Shown piece after piece: positions 1 through 9,542 of a stretch of DNA of 64,000 nt. Positions within the stretch are counted from its first letter, which is position 1; each line of letters begins with the position of its first letter. Where the stretch lies: assembly GCA_963793865.1 (NCBI GenBank), contig CAWCBP010000002.1, positions 96,001-160,000 on the forward strand, written 5' to 3'. The stretch is from an uncultured delta proteobacterium (GTDB taxonomy: Bacteria; Desulfobacterota; WTBG01). The position numbers and the translations under genes are program-made. The notes beneath the pieces were generated by a model. It searched no databases and was not told the DNA's origin. It saw only the letters and a program-made list of their open reading frames with translations.

Positions 1-2758
1 TGGAAGTGCAATTCAGGATGATGAAAGGATTATCTTTTCTCTTGCTGTTGCTTTGGATGGCATGGGCAACCAGTTCTTTCCCGGTGCCGGTTTCTCCAAA
101 AATCAGCACGGGTGATTCAGAGTCCTTAATCTTCTCCAGAAAGCTATAGCACTCCTGCATAACGGGACTCTTTCCAATGAGATTATGATAGTGATGCCGT
201 TCACCTAATGCTTCCTGCAGCTTGGCTATCCTTTTCTCTTGTAGTATGTTTTCTCTCAGCAATGATTGGATACGAAGCAGAGACCCCACACGTGCCAGAA
301 GCTCCTGTGAATTAAAGGGCTTAACAATATAATCATCTGCCCCCTCTTGCAAGCTTTCTATCTTAAATGCCGTGTCTGCCTTGGCAGTAAGGAAAATAAA
401 GGGAATATGTCTTAGTGCCTTATTCGATTTAACCGATTTACAGAATTCATAGCCATCCATCCGAGGCATCATGATATCCGAGATGATCACATCGGGCGTA
501 TAATCCTTAAGTTTCTCTAAGCCATTGAGACCATCGTCTGCGGTGATAACCTCATATTCCTTGCCGAGTATACCGGTCACATATCGCCTCACATCAGGGT
601 TGTCATCTATGAATAAAATGAGTGGTCTGGCGCCGGTTGGCTTTTCCTCCCGCATCCCGTCTTCTTCATAGCCGAGGTCAGAAAGTTCTATCTCTTTTTC
701 GCTCAGCATGATTTCGTCCCTCTCGCAGTTAATTTGATCTTGATCACGTATATGATCTTTGCCGCGGGGAAGATAAATCGTAAAGGTACTCCCTCCTCCA
801 TAGGTGCTTTCTGTCTCTATCTTTCCTTTCTGTAATTCGATCAGTTCTTTTGCTAAGGAAAGGCCAATCCCGCTTCCTTCACCTCTTCTGGAGGGATTAC
901 TGCCTATCTGCTGGAACCTTTCAAAAATATGGGGGAGATCTTCTTCTTTAATGCCGATGCCCGTATCCTGCACAGATATTTTTATAAAATTCTCTTCCAC
1001 GTTTTCTTTCCCGTTTTTTGTAGTGATGGTGATGCTTCCTCCCCGCGGGGTGAATTTAAAGGCGTTTCCTATTATGTTGAGTAAAACTCTCTCCAGCTTG
1101 CCGGGATCCATATATGCAGCTTCGATGGCTTCATCCGGTATAAAAGCAAGGTTGATATCTTTCTTGATTGCAAGGAAGGCAAAACTGTCCACAAGGGCGG
1201 ATACAAATAGATTAATATCTTTTTTATAGTAGCTTACGTCGTCACTCTTTGATCCTAAGCGTGTAAACTCCAACAACTGGTTGATCAATTTTAGTTGACG
1301 TCGATTATTCCTCAAGGCGAGCCCGATCTGGTCCTTAGCTCCTGTCCCAATGTAGCCGTATTCTCCCCGCAGCAGTCCCTCCAAGGGTCCTATTGATAAG
1401 GTTAAGGGTGTTCTGAATTCATGAGAAATATTGGCAATGAAAGCATTTTTCATCTCCATTTCCTGGATTTTCTTCCTTTCGCTGATATCTCGTGCACATA
1501 TGACTCTTCCGATAACATCACCTTCCCTGTTTCTAAGGAGCGCAGCATTTAACTCAAACGATATTAGTTTTCCATCTTTCCTTTTCCACAGTGCCTCAAA
1601 TTCTTTATACACTCCATCCTCAAAGAGTTTTCCGACCATATTTTTACGTAGCCAGAGACAAAATGTGTCATCAAAGTTGCCCAATTGTAATAAATGCATC
1701 TCTTTCAGCTCTTCCTGGGTATACCCTAATATCTTTTCCACTGCTTCATTAACCCTGGTAATCTTACCCTGGGGGTCAGTTAGAATAATACCATCTGCGG
1801 AAGTCTTGAAGACATTTTCCAGAAAGTCTTTTGCCTCTTTTAGTTTTCCTTCTGCCTTTTTCCTCTCAGTGATTTCCTGCTTCAAGCTTTCATTAGCAGC
1901 CTTGAGCTCAGCAGTGCGTTCCTCAATTCTCTTTTCCAGTTCATCATGGGCTTTTTGTAACGCTATCTCAGCTTGCTGGCGCCTGGTATTATCAATTATA
2001 GTTCCCGTAAACCCCTTTACCTGCCCCTGCTTTTTTTGTTGGATCATGCTGTAGTATACCGGCACGTCATGGCCCAATTTATGTTTGTGAGCGAATTCAC
2101 CTCTGCTGGGCTTTTCCGGGCTCATGCCTTCTGAAACTGCGGTCGCCTTTTTCCATTCCTGTTCCGGGATCACCGTAAGGGCACTCTTGCCTAAAAGCTC
2201 TTCTCTTGTATATCCAAGGATTTCAGTAAAAGCATCGTTCACAAAAATAAAATTGCCTGAACTATCCAGCTGGTATATACCCTCCAGTGCAGTTTCAGTT
2301 AACAGCCGGAAGTGCTCTTCACTTTCCTGCAACTCCATCTCTGCCTGCATGTCCTCGGAGATGTCCTTGGAAATAAAAAGCAACTCATCTCCCACGATGT
2401 TAATAGTGCTTACGAGATTATGCCACGTTCCCGAGGTGTCCTTAAAACGCAATTGGATACTCTCCGAGACTTCTGATTCTCTTCCAACCGGGAGTTTTTC
2501 CTTTGTACTGAGGTAGTCCTTAAGAAGCGGCAGGAATTTTTTCTTGTCATCAGGATGGATAAAGTCAAGACCTGATTTACCAATGAGGTCCTCAGGTGTG
2601 TAGCCTAAGACTCGTTTATGTGATGAATTGATATAGGTATAGATCGGATCCACAGTAAAGGTAGTAAAAGAAACGAGATCGCTCGTATTTTCAACTGCTA
2701 AACGATACATGTCCTTTCTGTCATACCGTTCTTCTTCCGGTACTAATCTCTCTCCCAT
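1..2758 (-). CDS. Hybrid sensor kinase fused to a sigma-54 activator: 3xPAS-HisKA-HATPase-REC-AAA+, running off the window start
   Basis: Translated by hand; absent from the ORF track because no stop lies in the window. ATG at 2758 after AGGAG. PAS motifs (LGYTPEDLIG..HPDD; VNDAFTEILGYTREELLG; VNEAVEKILGYTQEEL), H-box ISHEFRTPLT, N-box NIIGNAFKFT, REC IISDIMMPRMDG..KPF, Walker A GETGTGKELVAHAI. Start codon and Walker A share the same frame. Confidence 0.88.
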   Translation of the reverse strand, partial: MGERLVPEEERYDRKDMYRLAVENTSDLVSFTTFTVDPIYTYINSSHKRVLGYTPEDLIGKSGLDFIHPDDKKKFLPLLKDYLSTKEKLPVGRESEVSESIQLRFKDTSGTWHNLVSTINIVGDELLFISKDISEDMQAEMELQESEEHFRLLTETALEGIYQLDSSGNFIFVNDAFTEILGYTREELLGKSALTVIPEQEWKKATAVSEGMSPEKPSRGEFAHKHKLGHDVPVYYSMIQQKKQGQVKGFTGTIIDNTRRQQAEIALQKAHDELEKRIEERTAELKAANESLKQEITERKKAEGKLKEAKDFLENVFKTSADGIILTDPQGKITRVNEAVEKILGYTQEELKEMHLLQLGNFDDTFCLWLRKNMVGKLFEDGVYKEFEALWKRKDGKLISFELNAALLRNREGDVIGRVICARDISERKKIQEMEMKNAFIANISHEFRTPLTLSIGPLEGLLRGEYGYIGTGAKDQIGLALRNNRRQLKLINQLLEFTRLGSKSDDVSYYKKDINLFVSALVDSFAFLAIKKDINLAFIPDEAIEAAYMDPGKLERVLLNIIGNAFKFTPRGGSITITTKNGKENVEENFIKISVQDTGIGIKEEDLPHIFERFQQIGSNPSRRGEGSGIGLSLAKELIELQKGKIETESTYGGGSTFTIYLPRGKDHIRDQDQINCERDEIMLSEKEIELSDLGYEEDGMREEKPTGARPLILFIDDNPDVRRYVTGILGKEYEVITADDGLNGLEKLKDYTPDVIISDIMMPRMDGYEFCKSVKSNKALRHIPFIFLTAKADTAFKIESLQEGADDYIVKPFNSQELLARVGSLLRIQSLLRENILQEKRIAKLQEALGERHHYHNLIGKSPVMQECYSFLEKIKDSESPVLIFGETGTGKELVAHAIQSNSKRKDNPFIILNCTS

Positions 2759-2782
2759 CTGGACTTCTCCTCTTCCTGTGAC

Positions 2783-3118
2783 TCATTTATCCGCTTCACC
2801 GGCTGCAGTCTCTTTTTTCTCACCGCGGGTCAATATCTCTTTTGCCATCCGGCGAGCCTCTGAGAGATGTCGATCGGCTTCCTTCTTTAACTCCTTCGCT
2901 TGATGCTTGGCTTCCTCAATGATCTCTTTTGCTTTCGTACCGGCATCAGTATAAATATCTTTCGCATCCTTTAAAACCTCACTCCCTTTCTCCTTGATAT
3001 CAGACCTCAGTTCTTTTCCGGATTTCGCAGCAAAGAAGATACCTGCCAATACACCCAAAAAGCTTCCGATCAAAAATCCTCTAAAGAAATGACCTCGTTG
3101 ATTTTCATTCTCTGCCAT
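2783..3118 (-). CDS. YtxH-like protein (N-terminal membrane anchor plus charged helical tail)
   Basis: FFRGFLIGSFLGVLAGIFFAAKSGKELRSDIK is the typical YtxH pattern; GGAGG RBS before MAENENQ. Confidence 0.8.
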   Translation of the reverse strand: MAENENQRGHFFRGFLIGSFLGVLAGIFFAAKSGKELRSDIKEKGSEVLKDAKDIYTDAGTKAKEIIEEAKHQAKELKKEADRHLSEARRMAKEILTRGEKKETAAGEADK

Positions 3119-3176
3119 ATTACATTCCTCCTTTATGCTTTTTTTTCTTCCATCAGAAATAAGTCCCATCACAATG

Positions 3177-5090
3177 CTAAGGGGTAAAATCGTCTGAGAT
3201 TGAAACCGAGTTATGTCGGATGACCGATGAAATATCAGCTTCTACTCTATCTCTTAATTCTTGCCCCTCATCAACAGAGCCATAGTTCTCCCAAACGCTT
3301 TCACTTAAAGATGTAATTGAGTGGACTTCGATCGATGTTTGAACAGTCCTTCGAGTGTCTCCCCTGACAATTCTATCTTCCCAATTTGCATTGAGACTGT
3401 TCAAATCAAGAGGACCCGAGAATACATCGCCCACATCCCAATAGTTTATCCATTTTTTAGTGTCCACGTCGTAAGCAGGTGCACCGCCCAATTGAATAAA
3501 TGTTTCTTGGTTTCTATCGGAAATAAAATTTTCAATCATATCATGTGCAGTAAGGACAGTGAGTGGAGGCAACCAGGAAAATAGAATATTGTCATAGTCA
3601 TTAGCATTTTTTGATGCGGAGGGGTCGGATAATGTGATGAATAAATCGGGTTTTACAACATTACCCAAATAACGTAAAGCAAGCGTTCCTAATTGCGTAC
3701 CCCAGCTGTGAGTAACAATAATGAATTTCTGGCCGCCATCTTTAGCCGTGGAATATTTTGAATATAGGTCTACGAGCAGGTCATCCATTATTTCTGATGT
3801 TTCAATCGCATTTCCGTTCCAGGCGCTCGTTCTTTTTGTTCCTCCGAAAGAATATATGGCACACCAATCAAGCCCTAAATTCATTGCCGAGATCCCATCA
3901 TATAGGTAACCTGATCTCTCATCATAATCGATAAAAGGGAAAAGAGTTCTTACGAATTTTAGGCCGTCTATGAGATATATATATGCTTCTGCCCGAGGGC
4001 AAACATAGAGGATAGATGAAACAAACAGGGAGAAATGGTTTGTTTCAAATGTCACCGTGTTATTCTCATGATCCTGTTCTACAATATTGCGACCTGTCCA
4101 TGATTCGCTAAAAGTGTCATAGGTGATGACAGATACCTCTTCTTCTGAAACCCCCGTATAATCTAAAATGCCATTGTTATTGACATCATCATATGGCATT
4201 GCTACCTGGATATTACTATTAAATGTTTGACCATCCGGCTCTAGAAATATTGCCGGTCCTGTAATGTATGTATCTTGCGGCACGGTTATCAGAACGTCTG
4301 TTTGCCTAACAGAAATAAATATTTCCTCATTTAGAGCTCCGGGCGGAATTAGTATTTTAGTTCCATAAATCAGACTCGCGGGGCTGGTAACCTCAATACT
4401 ACAGCCTTCCGGCCCACACACTCCTCCTGCTTCCCCAGGAGTGTCAGTTGTATCTGGATTACAATCATCGTCCTTATTATTATAAGGAATCTCAGTAATG
4501 GAAGGATTAACTTCGGAATCGGTATCATCACAATCAATTTCACCACACTCACCGCCTTCGATAGCATAATTATCTTGGTCTCCATCGGTACATTCGGGAA
4601 CGTCCTCGCAATAATCACCGAAGTTGACTGTATTCACCAGGCTTCTTTTTTCAATAAGAAGAAATAGCTTATTGTTAATTGTGGTACTGGTACAATTGGC
4701 ATGATCTTCTTCTATTAGAATGTAAGTTCCTGAACCAAGTCCGCTGAATTGATAAGACCCTGCTGCGTTAGTTGATGACACAGAAACTATTCTTATCAAC
4801 GGCCAAAATGTATAAATTTTATAGAGAGTGATCTTTACACCCGGTATTCCTGCTTCGCCTGCATCAATTTTTCTATTTTGATTAAGATCATTATAGACTA
4901 TACCACTCACCTTTCCGGTAAGAGCAACCGCGTCGAGTTGATTTTCCCCATTAGTAATTTGATCAGCTGCCACTTTTTGAATGGCTACATTATCCTGCAA
5001 CCATTCCTGGGCCATTATTTCTGCTGTGTTAAATAAAATCCCAAACATAAAAAGAAACGAAAACACCAAGTTAATTCTATCTTTTTTCAT
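3177..5090 (-). CDS. Secreted multidomain protein: SdrD-B-like Ig domain, Cys/Asp metal-binding repeat, ZU5-like domain, C-terminal alpha/beta-hydrolase-like domain
   Basis: Signal peptide; VSGIVYNDLNQN..GEAGIPGVKITL; DCDDTD..PSITEIPYNNKDDDC; IPPGAL..LEPDGQTF; nucleophile-elbow-like IVTHSWGT. AT-rich relative to neighbours. Confidence 0.65.
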   Translation of the reverse strand: MKKDRINLVFSFLFMFGILFNTAEIMAQEWLQDNVAIQKVAADQITNGENQLDAVALTGKVSGIVYNDLNQNRKIDAGEAGIPGVKITLYKIYTFWPLIRIVSVSSTNAAGSYQFSGLGSGTYILIEEDHANCTSTTINNKLFLLIEKRSLVNTVNFGDYCEDVPECTDGDQDNYAIEGGECGEIDCDDTDSEVNPSITEIPYNNKDDDCNPDTTDTPGEAGGVCGPEGCSIEVTSPASLIYGTKILIPPGALNEEIFISVRQTDVLITVPQDTYITGPAIFLEPDGQTFNSNIQVAMPYDDVNNNGILDYTGVSEEEVSVITYDTFSESWTGRNIVEQDHENNTVTFETNHFSLFVSSILYVCPRAEAYIYLIDGLKFVRTLFPFIDYDERSGYLYDGISAMNLGLDWCAIYSFGGTKRTSAWNGNAIETSEIMDDLLVDLYSKYSTAKDGGQKFIIVTHSWGTQLGTLALRYLGNVVKPDLFITLSDPSASKNANDYDNILFSWLPPLTVLTAHDMIENFISDRNQETFIQLGGAPAYDVDTKKWINYWDVGDVFSGPLDLNSLNANWEDRIVRGDTRRTVQTSIEVHSITSLSESVWENYGSVDEGQELRDRVEADISSVIRHNSVSISDDFTP

Positions 5091-5190
5091 TTTAACCTCT
5101 TAGAAATTAAAAACACCACCTATGGAACTGTATCTACCAGTGAGATTATTTACGTGAAATTAGGATCACGCTTGAATAAGGCCCCATGCA

Positions 5191-5640
5191 TCATTTCTTT
5201 ACCAGCAGGACGGGAATCTTTGTATCTTTATGCATTACACCATAGGCAACACTGCCGAGAACCGCGGCTGCCAAAGCGCTCCTCCCATGAGAACCCATAA
5301 CAATAATATCTGCCTTTGACTTCCTGGCCTCTTTTACAATCTCTTCAACAGGATGCCCTTTAGTTATCACGGTCTTTGATTGGACACCATTTTTATCGCA
5401 CAGCTTCTTTATGTCTCCGGCATACCCTTCGGCAGCCTCCCGCAGATAATCCTCGATAGGCTCTATTACATGCCTTGAAGCCTTCTCGGCGGGAATTGTC
5501 TGGCCCATAAATGTGCGCTTATCAACAACGCTCAGTACAATTGCCGAGGCTTTTAACTGTTTTGCGAGGTACACCGCATAGTTTGCTGCCTTTTGAGCTG
5601 CTTTTGACCCGTCTGTCGGAACAAGAATTTTTGAAATCAT
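5191..5640 (-). CDS. Universal stress protein (UspA family)
   Basis: KILVPTDGS..A..AA at the N-terminus; GHPVEEIV..ADIIVMGSHGRS..LGSVA ATP-binding motif. Confidence 0.93.
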   Translation of the reverse strand: MISKILVPTDGSKAAQKAANYAVYLAKQLKASAIVLSVVDKRTFMGQTIPAEKASRHVIEPIEDYLREAAEGYAGDIKKLCDKNGVQSKTVITKGHPVEEIVKEARKSKADIIVMGSHGRSALAAAVLGSVAYGVMHKDTKIPVLLVKK

Positions 5641-5700
5641 ACGTACTCCTATCAAAGGTTGACTATTTGCATGAATAAGAACCTGATTTCACTGAGTCCT

Positions 5701-5970
5701 TCAAAGGGAGTGCGTATTTTCTCGGTCAATAGAATTTTGTTTTTTCGTAGGCAGCTTCATTCTGAAGCGAGATGCTGTAATACCTCCTAAGGCCACCCCT
5801 GCTAAAACAGAGAGAAATAAAATGATTGCAGGAGACGCCTTGAATTTCCAGAAGAAAAATGAGATTACAACAGGTATTGCATTCTGTAGCGAAAAGACCG
5901 TCACCACGGCGATGATGATCAACGTGACCACTTTGAAGCACGTGGCAGTGTCTGCGGCACGTGACACCAA
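5701..5970 (-). CDS. LapA-like (DUF1049) small membrane protein; start codon uncertain
   Basis: VTVFSLQN..PVVISFFFWKF..S.AIILFLS..AG pattern; no good RBS at the ORF start, so possibly degenerate. Confidence 0.6.
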   Translation of the reverse strand: MVSRAADTATCFKVVTLIIIAVVTVFSLQNAIPVVISFFFWKFKASPAIILFLSVLAGVALGGITASRFRMKLPTKKQNSIDRENTHSL

Positions 5971-5994
5971 ACGAGCCCGGCCCGTGGCTGTATA

Positions 5995-6150
5995 TTAAAT
6001 CCGACCCGATAGCAGCAGGATGACTAAAATCAGAAGGATCAATCCAAGTCCGCCGCTGGGATAGTAACCCCATTGTCGGCTATGCGGCCAAGCGGGCAGT
6101 ACACCAAACAGCATCAAAATTACAAGGATAATCAAAATTGTTCCGAGCAT
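5995..6150 (-). CDS. DUF3309 family small membrane protein (51 aa)
   Basis: MLGTILIILVILMLFGVLPAWPHSRQWGYYPSGGLGLILLILVILLLSGRI; AGGAGG RBS. Confidence 0.88.
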   Translation of the reverse strand: MLGTILIILVILMLFGVLPAWPHSRQWGYYPSGGLGLILLILVILLLSGRI

Positions 6151-6163
6151 ATCGTTCCTCCTT

Positions 6164-6340
6164 CTAATTAAGGCAATGGTTACTGATAGCCAACTCATCA
6201 AAGGGTCTGATGAGTATTTGAGACAGGGTTCTGATGGTGTGATAAAGCGCTGTTTTATTTTCTACCGCTGATTCCTTGAGCAGGCCGATGATCTGTCCCG
6301 CAATGATGCCGATTCTTTTTTCGTAGAATATACATTTCAT
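6164..6340 (-). pseudogene. Truncated paralog (58 aa) of the 26568-27089 gene
   Basis: MKCIFYEKRIGIIAGQIIGLLKESAVENKTALYHTIRTLSQ nearly matches the N-terminus of 26568-27089; similarity ends after about 52 codons. Confidence 0.85.
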
Positions 6341-6348
6341 ACATCACC

Positions 6349-6586
6349 CCACTCTATAGCATTACAAGAAACGAGCCATCATGGTCTTGAATGCATAGTC
6401 ACTGTGATTTCAAATGGTTAGCGGGATCTGGAACAAGGAAGGAACTTTAAACCATCGAAACCTGTCCCCTGGGACGGGATTGAGTCCCACCACATGGGAT
6501 TTGTCCCATTCCACAGAACACCTGCAACACGGGGCGATACTACCGGGAAGAATCAGAAACGGGCTGACAGGTTGTGCTTTTTTAAA
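6349..6586 (-). promoter_or_regulatory. Sigma-54 enhancer/promoter module, copy 1
   Basis: TGGCTCGTTTCTTGTA (-24/-12-like, GG-N10-GT) at 6363-6378; IHF-like TTCAA-N4-TTA near 6408-6420; three GTCCC-N7-GGGAY-like sites at 6464, 6484 and 6503; ends in the last codons of the 33074 activator gene. Confidence 0.75.
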
Positions 6587-6813
6587 ACCCTGTTTTGATA
6601 AAACCGGGAACACGTTACAACAGCCATCTACTTTCATTGCGCAGGATTACAACTTTATCCAGTTACCCATTAATTTCCCTGATGAACCAGAATTTTTAAG
6701 AAAGAATCAACTCAATAAGCGGTGTAATTCGGGATACAAAGGCAGGACAAAGCTTTTGAAGGGTTAATAACCATTTTCTGGTGATTATGCCATATAAATA
6801 CGGCAAAATTAGA

Positions 6814-6843
6814 TTGACCTTGGCACGTAGGATGCCTTATAAT
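6814..6843 (+). promoter_or_regulatory. Overlapping sigma-70 and sigma-54 promoter motifs upstream of spt
   Basis: TTGACC(6814)-N18-TATAAT(6838) encloses TGGCACGTAGGATGC (GG 6822-23, GC 6834-35, N10 spacing). Confidence 0.6.
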
Positions 6844-6983
6844 ACTTCTTAAATTAAATAGGAAAAAAACGGCCCGGATCGGCATCGGGTCGCAAATTAA
6901 GGGTAATAAATTTGTCCACTTGGCCTTGGCTACATATAATTCCGGTTTAATAAGGCTAATTTTCTGTACTTGAGGTTAAGAGC

Positions 6984-8195
6984 ATGGAAAAGGGGCTTAA
7001 CACGCCTATACAACTCAAACTCATGGAAAAGGCTACGTCTTACGTTCTCCCCAAGCAGTTCAGGGAGATGGGTCTTTACCCGTTCTTCCGGGAAATTTGT
7101 TCTCCCCAAGCCCCCCTTGTCACATTAAATGGTAAAGAGGTGGTTATGTTGGGATCGAACAATTATCTCGGACTCACCACTCATCCTGATGTAAAAAAGG
7201 CAGCTATTGAAGCAATTGAAAAATACGGAACCGGATGCGCTGGTTCCAGGTTTGTGAACGGAAATCTTGACATTCACCGGAAACTTGAAGAAGAACTTGC
7301 CGAACTGGTGGGAAAGGAAAGTGCCCTTGTTTTCTCAACCGGATTTCAGGCGAATCTTGGGATAATATCCTCAATTGTAGGCAGAGGAGAATATGTTGTT
7401 ATCGATAGCCTTGACCATGCAAGCATTGTCGATGGAGCAAGACTGAGCTTTGGCAAAAAAGTTCACTTCAACCACAATGATATGGTTGACCTTAATAGTT
7501 GCCTGGAAAGTCTACCCGACGGGAAGGGAACACTCATTGTTGTCGATGGTATTTTCAGTATGGAGGGCACTATAGCGAAACTTCCCGAAATCGTGAAATT
7601 ATGCAAGCAATTTGGGGCTGCCCTTATGATCGATGATGCACACGGCATAGGTGTTCTGGGTAAAAATGGCACGGGTACTCCAGATCACTTCGGCCTTACT
7701 GAAGAGGTTCATATTATCATGGGGACCTTCAGCAAAGCACTCGCTTCCTTGGGGGGATTTGTTGCCGCCGATGCAGATACCATCGAATACCTTAAACACT
7801 TTTCACGGTCTCTGATTTTTAGTGCCAGCATGACCCCTGCTAATGTTGCAGCGGTGAGGGCCGCCCTCAGGATTATGAAGCAGGAGCCGGAGCGGATTGA
7901 GCAACTTTGGGCAAACACGGCAAGGATGAAAAGGGGTCTTGAGCAACTCGGATTTGATACGGGAAAATCTGAAACCCCGATTATTCCGGTCAAAACCGGT
8001 GATATGGTAAACACCTTTAAGGCCACCGTTAAATTGCAAGAGGAGGGTGTTTTTGTGAATCCAATCATACCCCCTGCAGTACCTAAAGGAGACTGCCTTA
8101 TAAGGATAAGCTTAATGGCGACTCATACCGCTGAACACATCGACTTTGCATTGTCAAAACTCGAAAAGGTTGGATTGAACCTCGGAATTTTATAA
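6984..8195 (+). CDS. spt: PLP-dependent alpha-oxoamine synthase, most similar to bacterial serine palmitoyltransferase
   Basis: [45 protein letters not shown]-lysine motif MGTFSKAL and SRSLIFSAS. The N-terminus and GTGCAGSR resemble Spt more than BioF or Kbl, and the gene context fits. Confidence 0.75.
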   Translation: MEKGLNTPIQLKLMEKATSYVLPKQFREMGLYPFFREICSPQAPLVTLNGKEVVMLGSNNYLGLTTHPDVKKAAIEAIEKYGTGCAGSRFVNGNLDIHRKLEEELAELVGKESALVFSTGFQANLGIISSIVGRGEYVVIDSLDHASIVDGARLSFGKKVHFNHNDMVDLNSCLESLPDGKGTLIVVDGIFSMEGTIAKLPEIVKLCKQFGAALMIDDAHGIGVLGKNGTGTPDHFGLTEEVHIIMGTFSKALASLGGFVAADADTIEYLKHFSRSLIFSASMTPANVAAVRAALRIMKQEPERIEQLWANTARMKRGLEQLGFDTGKSETPIIPVKTGDMVNTFKATVKLQEEGVFVNPIIPPAVPKGDCLIRISLMATHTAEHIDFALSKLEKVGLNLGIL

Positions 8196-8427
8196 GCAAG
8201 AGTTCCAGTTGAGAATAATCGAAGTCCACCCATCCTCAAAAAAATGATTTCACAAGATTTATAAAAATCCCCTTTAGTCCTTTATTCAGAATCGAACTAT
8301 TGCGTTCCCCGCCTCCTCTTCAAGAGGAAGGAAATCTTCAATCCACGAATAATTTTTTCTCATCACGCCGCCGTGAAATATGAGCTGGAGATTCCCATAA
8401 AATGTACAGGATATATGGAAAGGAGCC

Positions 8428-9408
8428 ATGAAGATACTTCTCACCGGTGGTACAGGGTTCATCGGGAGAAACCTGGCGATGAAGCTCTCTAAAATGGGGT
8501 TTCATGTACTATGTCTTGTGAGGAATATGCGCCGGGCAGTATGGATGGGACAATACCCCGGTCTTGAGCCTGTCCAGGGAGACATCCTATATAAAAATAG
8601 CATTACACCTCACATCAGGGATATCGACGTGGTTTTTCATCTCGCAGGCGTCACGAAGGCGAGAAACAAAGATGAGCACCTCAGCATCAATGCCGAAGGG
8701 GCGGGGATTTTGTTTGACTCGATCGCAATGGAGGGGAGAGGGATCAGAAAAATTGTTCATATTAGCTCACTGGCGGTTGCAGGGCCACACACTTCGCTTT
8801 ATCCGGCGCGGGAAAATGACGAGGTTTCACCGGTGACGCACTACGGCGAAAGCAAACTGCTGAGTGAGCAATTGCTCCGTGAGAAATGCAAAGATATTCC
8901 CTGGACTATAATCAGGCCCCCGGTTGTTTACGGACCTCTTGATCGGGACGTTTTCATTTATTTTAAAATGGCAAAGTCTGGAGTCATTCCAATCCTGGGG
9001 AACGGAGAACTGGAGCTTTCAATCATCCATGTTGATGATGTAATCGATGGGATGATTCTTGCGGCATTTGCTGAGGCAAGCGACGGGGAAATTTACTACC
9101 TTTCTGATGGCAAGGTCCACACATTTGCAGAAGTGGCACATATGCTTTCTAAAATCACCGGAGGGGCCAAAATTATCTCCCTCCCGTCTCTGATTGTAAA
9201 GATTGCGGGTATTGTAGCAGACGGTATCGGCTGTGTCAGTGGAAAACCTCAGGTAATCAATAGACAGAAAGTGAAAGAAGCTCTTCTGAAGGGGTGGGTC
9301 TGCAATACCGATAAGATAAGGGAGGAGCTTGGATTTCATCCAGCCATCGACCTTGAAATGGGACTCGAATCGACCTATCTCTGGTATAGGAATGCTGGCT
9401 GGCTATGA
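8428..9408 (+). CDS. Extended SDR / NAD-dependent epimerase-dehydratase, candidate ceramide (3-keto) reductase CerR
   Basis: TGGTGFIG, HLAGVTKA, HISSLAVAGP, catalytic YGESK, IRPPVVYGP. The CerR role is inferred from adjacency to spt. Confidence 0.8.
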   Translation: MKILLTGGTGFIGRNLAMKLSKMGFHVLCLVRNMRRAVWMGQYPGLEPVQGDILYKNSITPHIRDIDVVFHLAGVTKARNKDEHLSINAEGAGILFDSIAMEGRGIRKIVHISSLAVAGPHTSLYPARENDEVSPVTHYGESKLLSEQLLREKCKDIPWTIIRPPVVYGPLDRDVFIYFKMAKSGVIPILGNGELELSIIHVDDVIDGMILAAFAEASDGEIYYLSDGKVHTFAEVAHMLSKITGGAKIISLPSLIVKIAGIVADGIGCVSGKPQVINRQKVKEALLKGWVCNTDKIREELGFHPAIDLEMGLESTYLWYRNAGWL

Positions 9409-9540
9409 ACTTACATGGAACGGACAGAATAACTGTACTCTATAACTTCATCCTGATTATTTTCGCTTTTATTTTCAGAGAAAAGAACGCAGCATACGCG
9501 AATCATCTCGCATGTAACCTCTCAGTTGTCCTCGTTTACC
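9405..9540 (+). pseudogene. N-terminal fragment (about 45 codons) of a membrane protein, possibly PAP2-family, cut off at about 9540
   Basis: ATGA overlap with the SDR gene; hydrophobic MNLHGTDRITVLYNFILIIFAFIFREK..; beyond 9540 the ORF is just the antisense of the GC-rich 9543 gene. No catalytic motifs are present. Confidence 0.5.
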
Positions 9541-9542
9541 AC

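Noticed and set aside
804..2903. Plus-strand ORFs 804-1229, 1431-2054, 2124-2516 and 2709-2903
   Set aside because: Antisense shadows of the minus-strand kinase-activator gene; no motifs of their own.
6464..6519. Regularly spaced GTCCC..GGGA units as a CRISPR array or iterons
   Set aside because: Only three units with 2-3 bp gaps, no unique spacers and no cas or rep genes; position fits enhancer sites.
6414..6767. 117-aa ORF and its relative at 32913-33116
   Set aside because: They coincide with the repeated promoter module; frame and length are not conserved among the three copies.
6984..8195. bioF or kbl assignment
   Set aside because: No biotin or threonine-dehydrogenase genes adjacent; motifs and neighbours favour Spt, though phylogeny is needed to exclude them.
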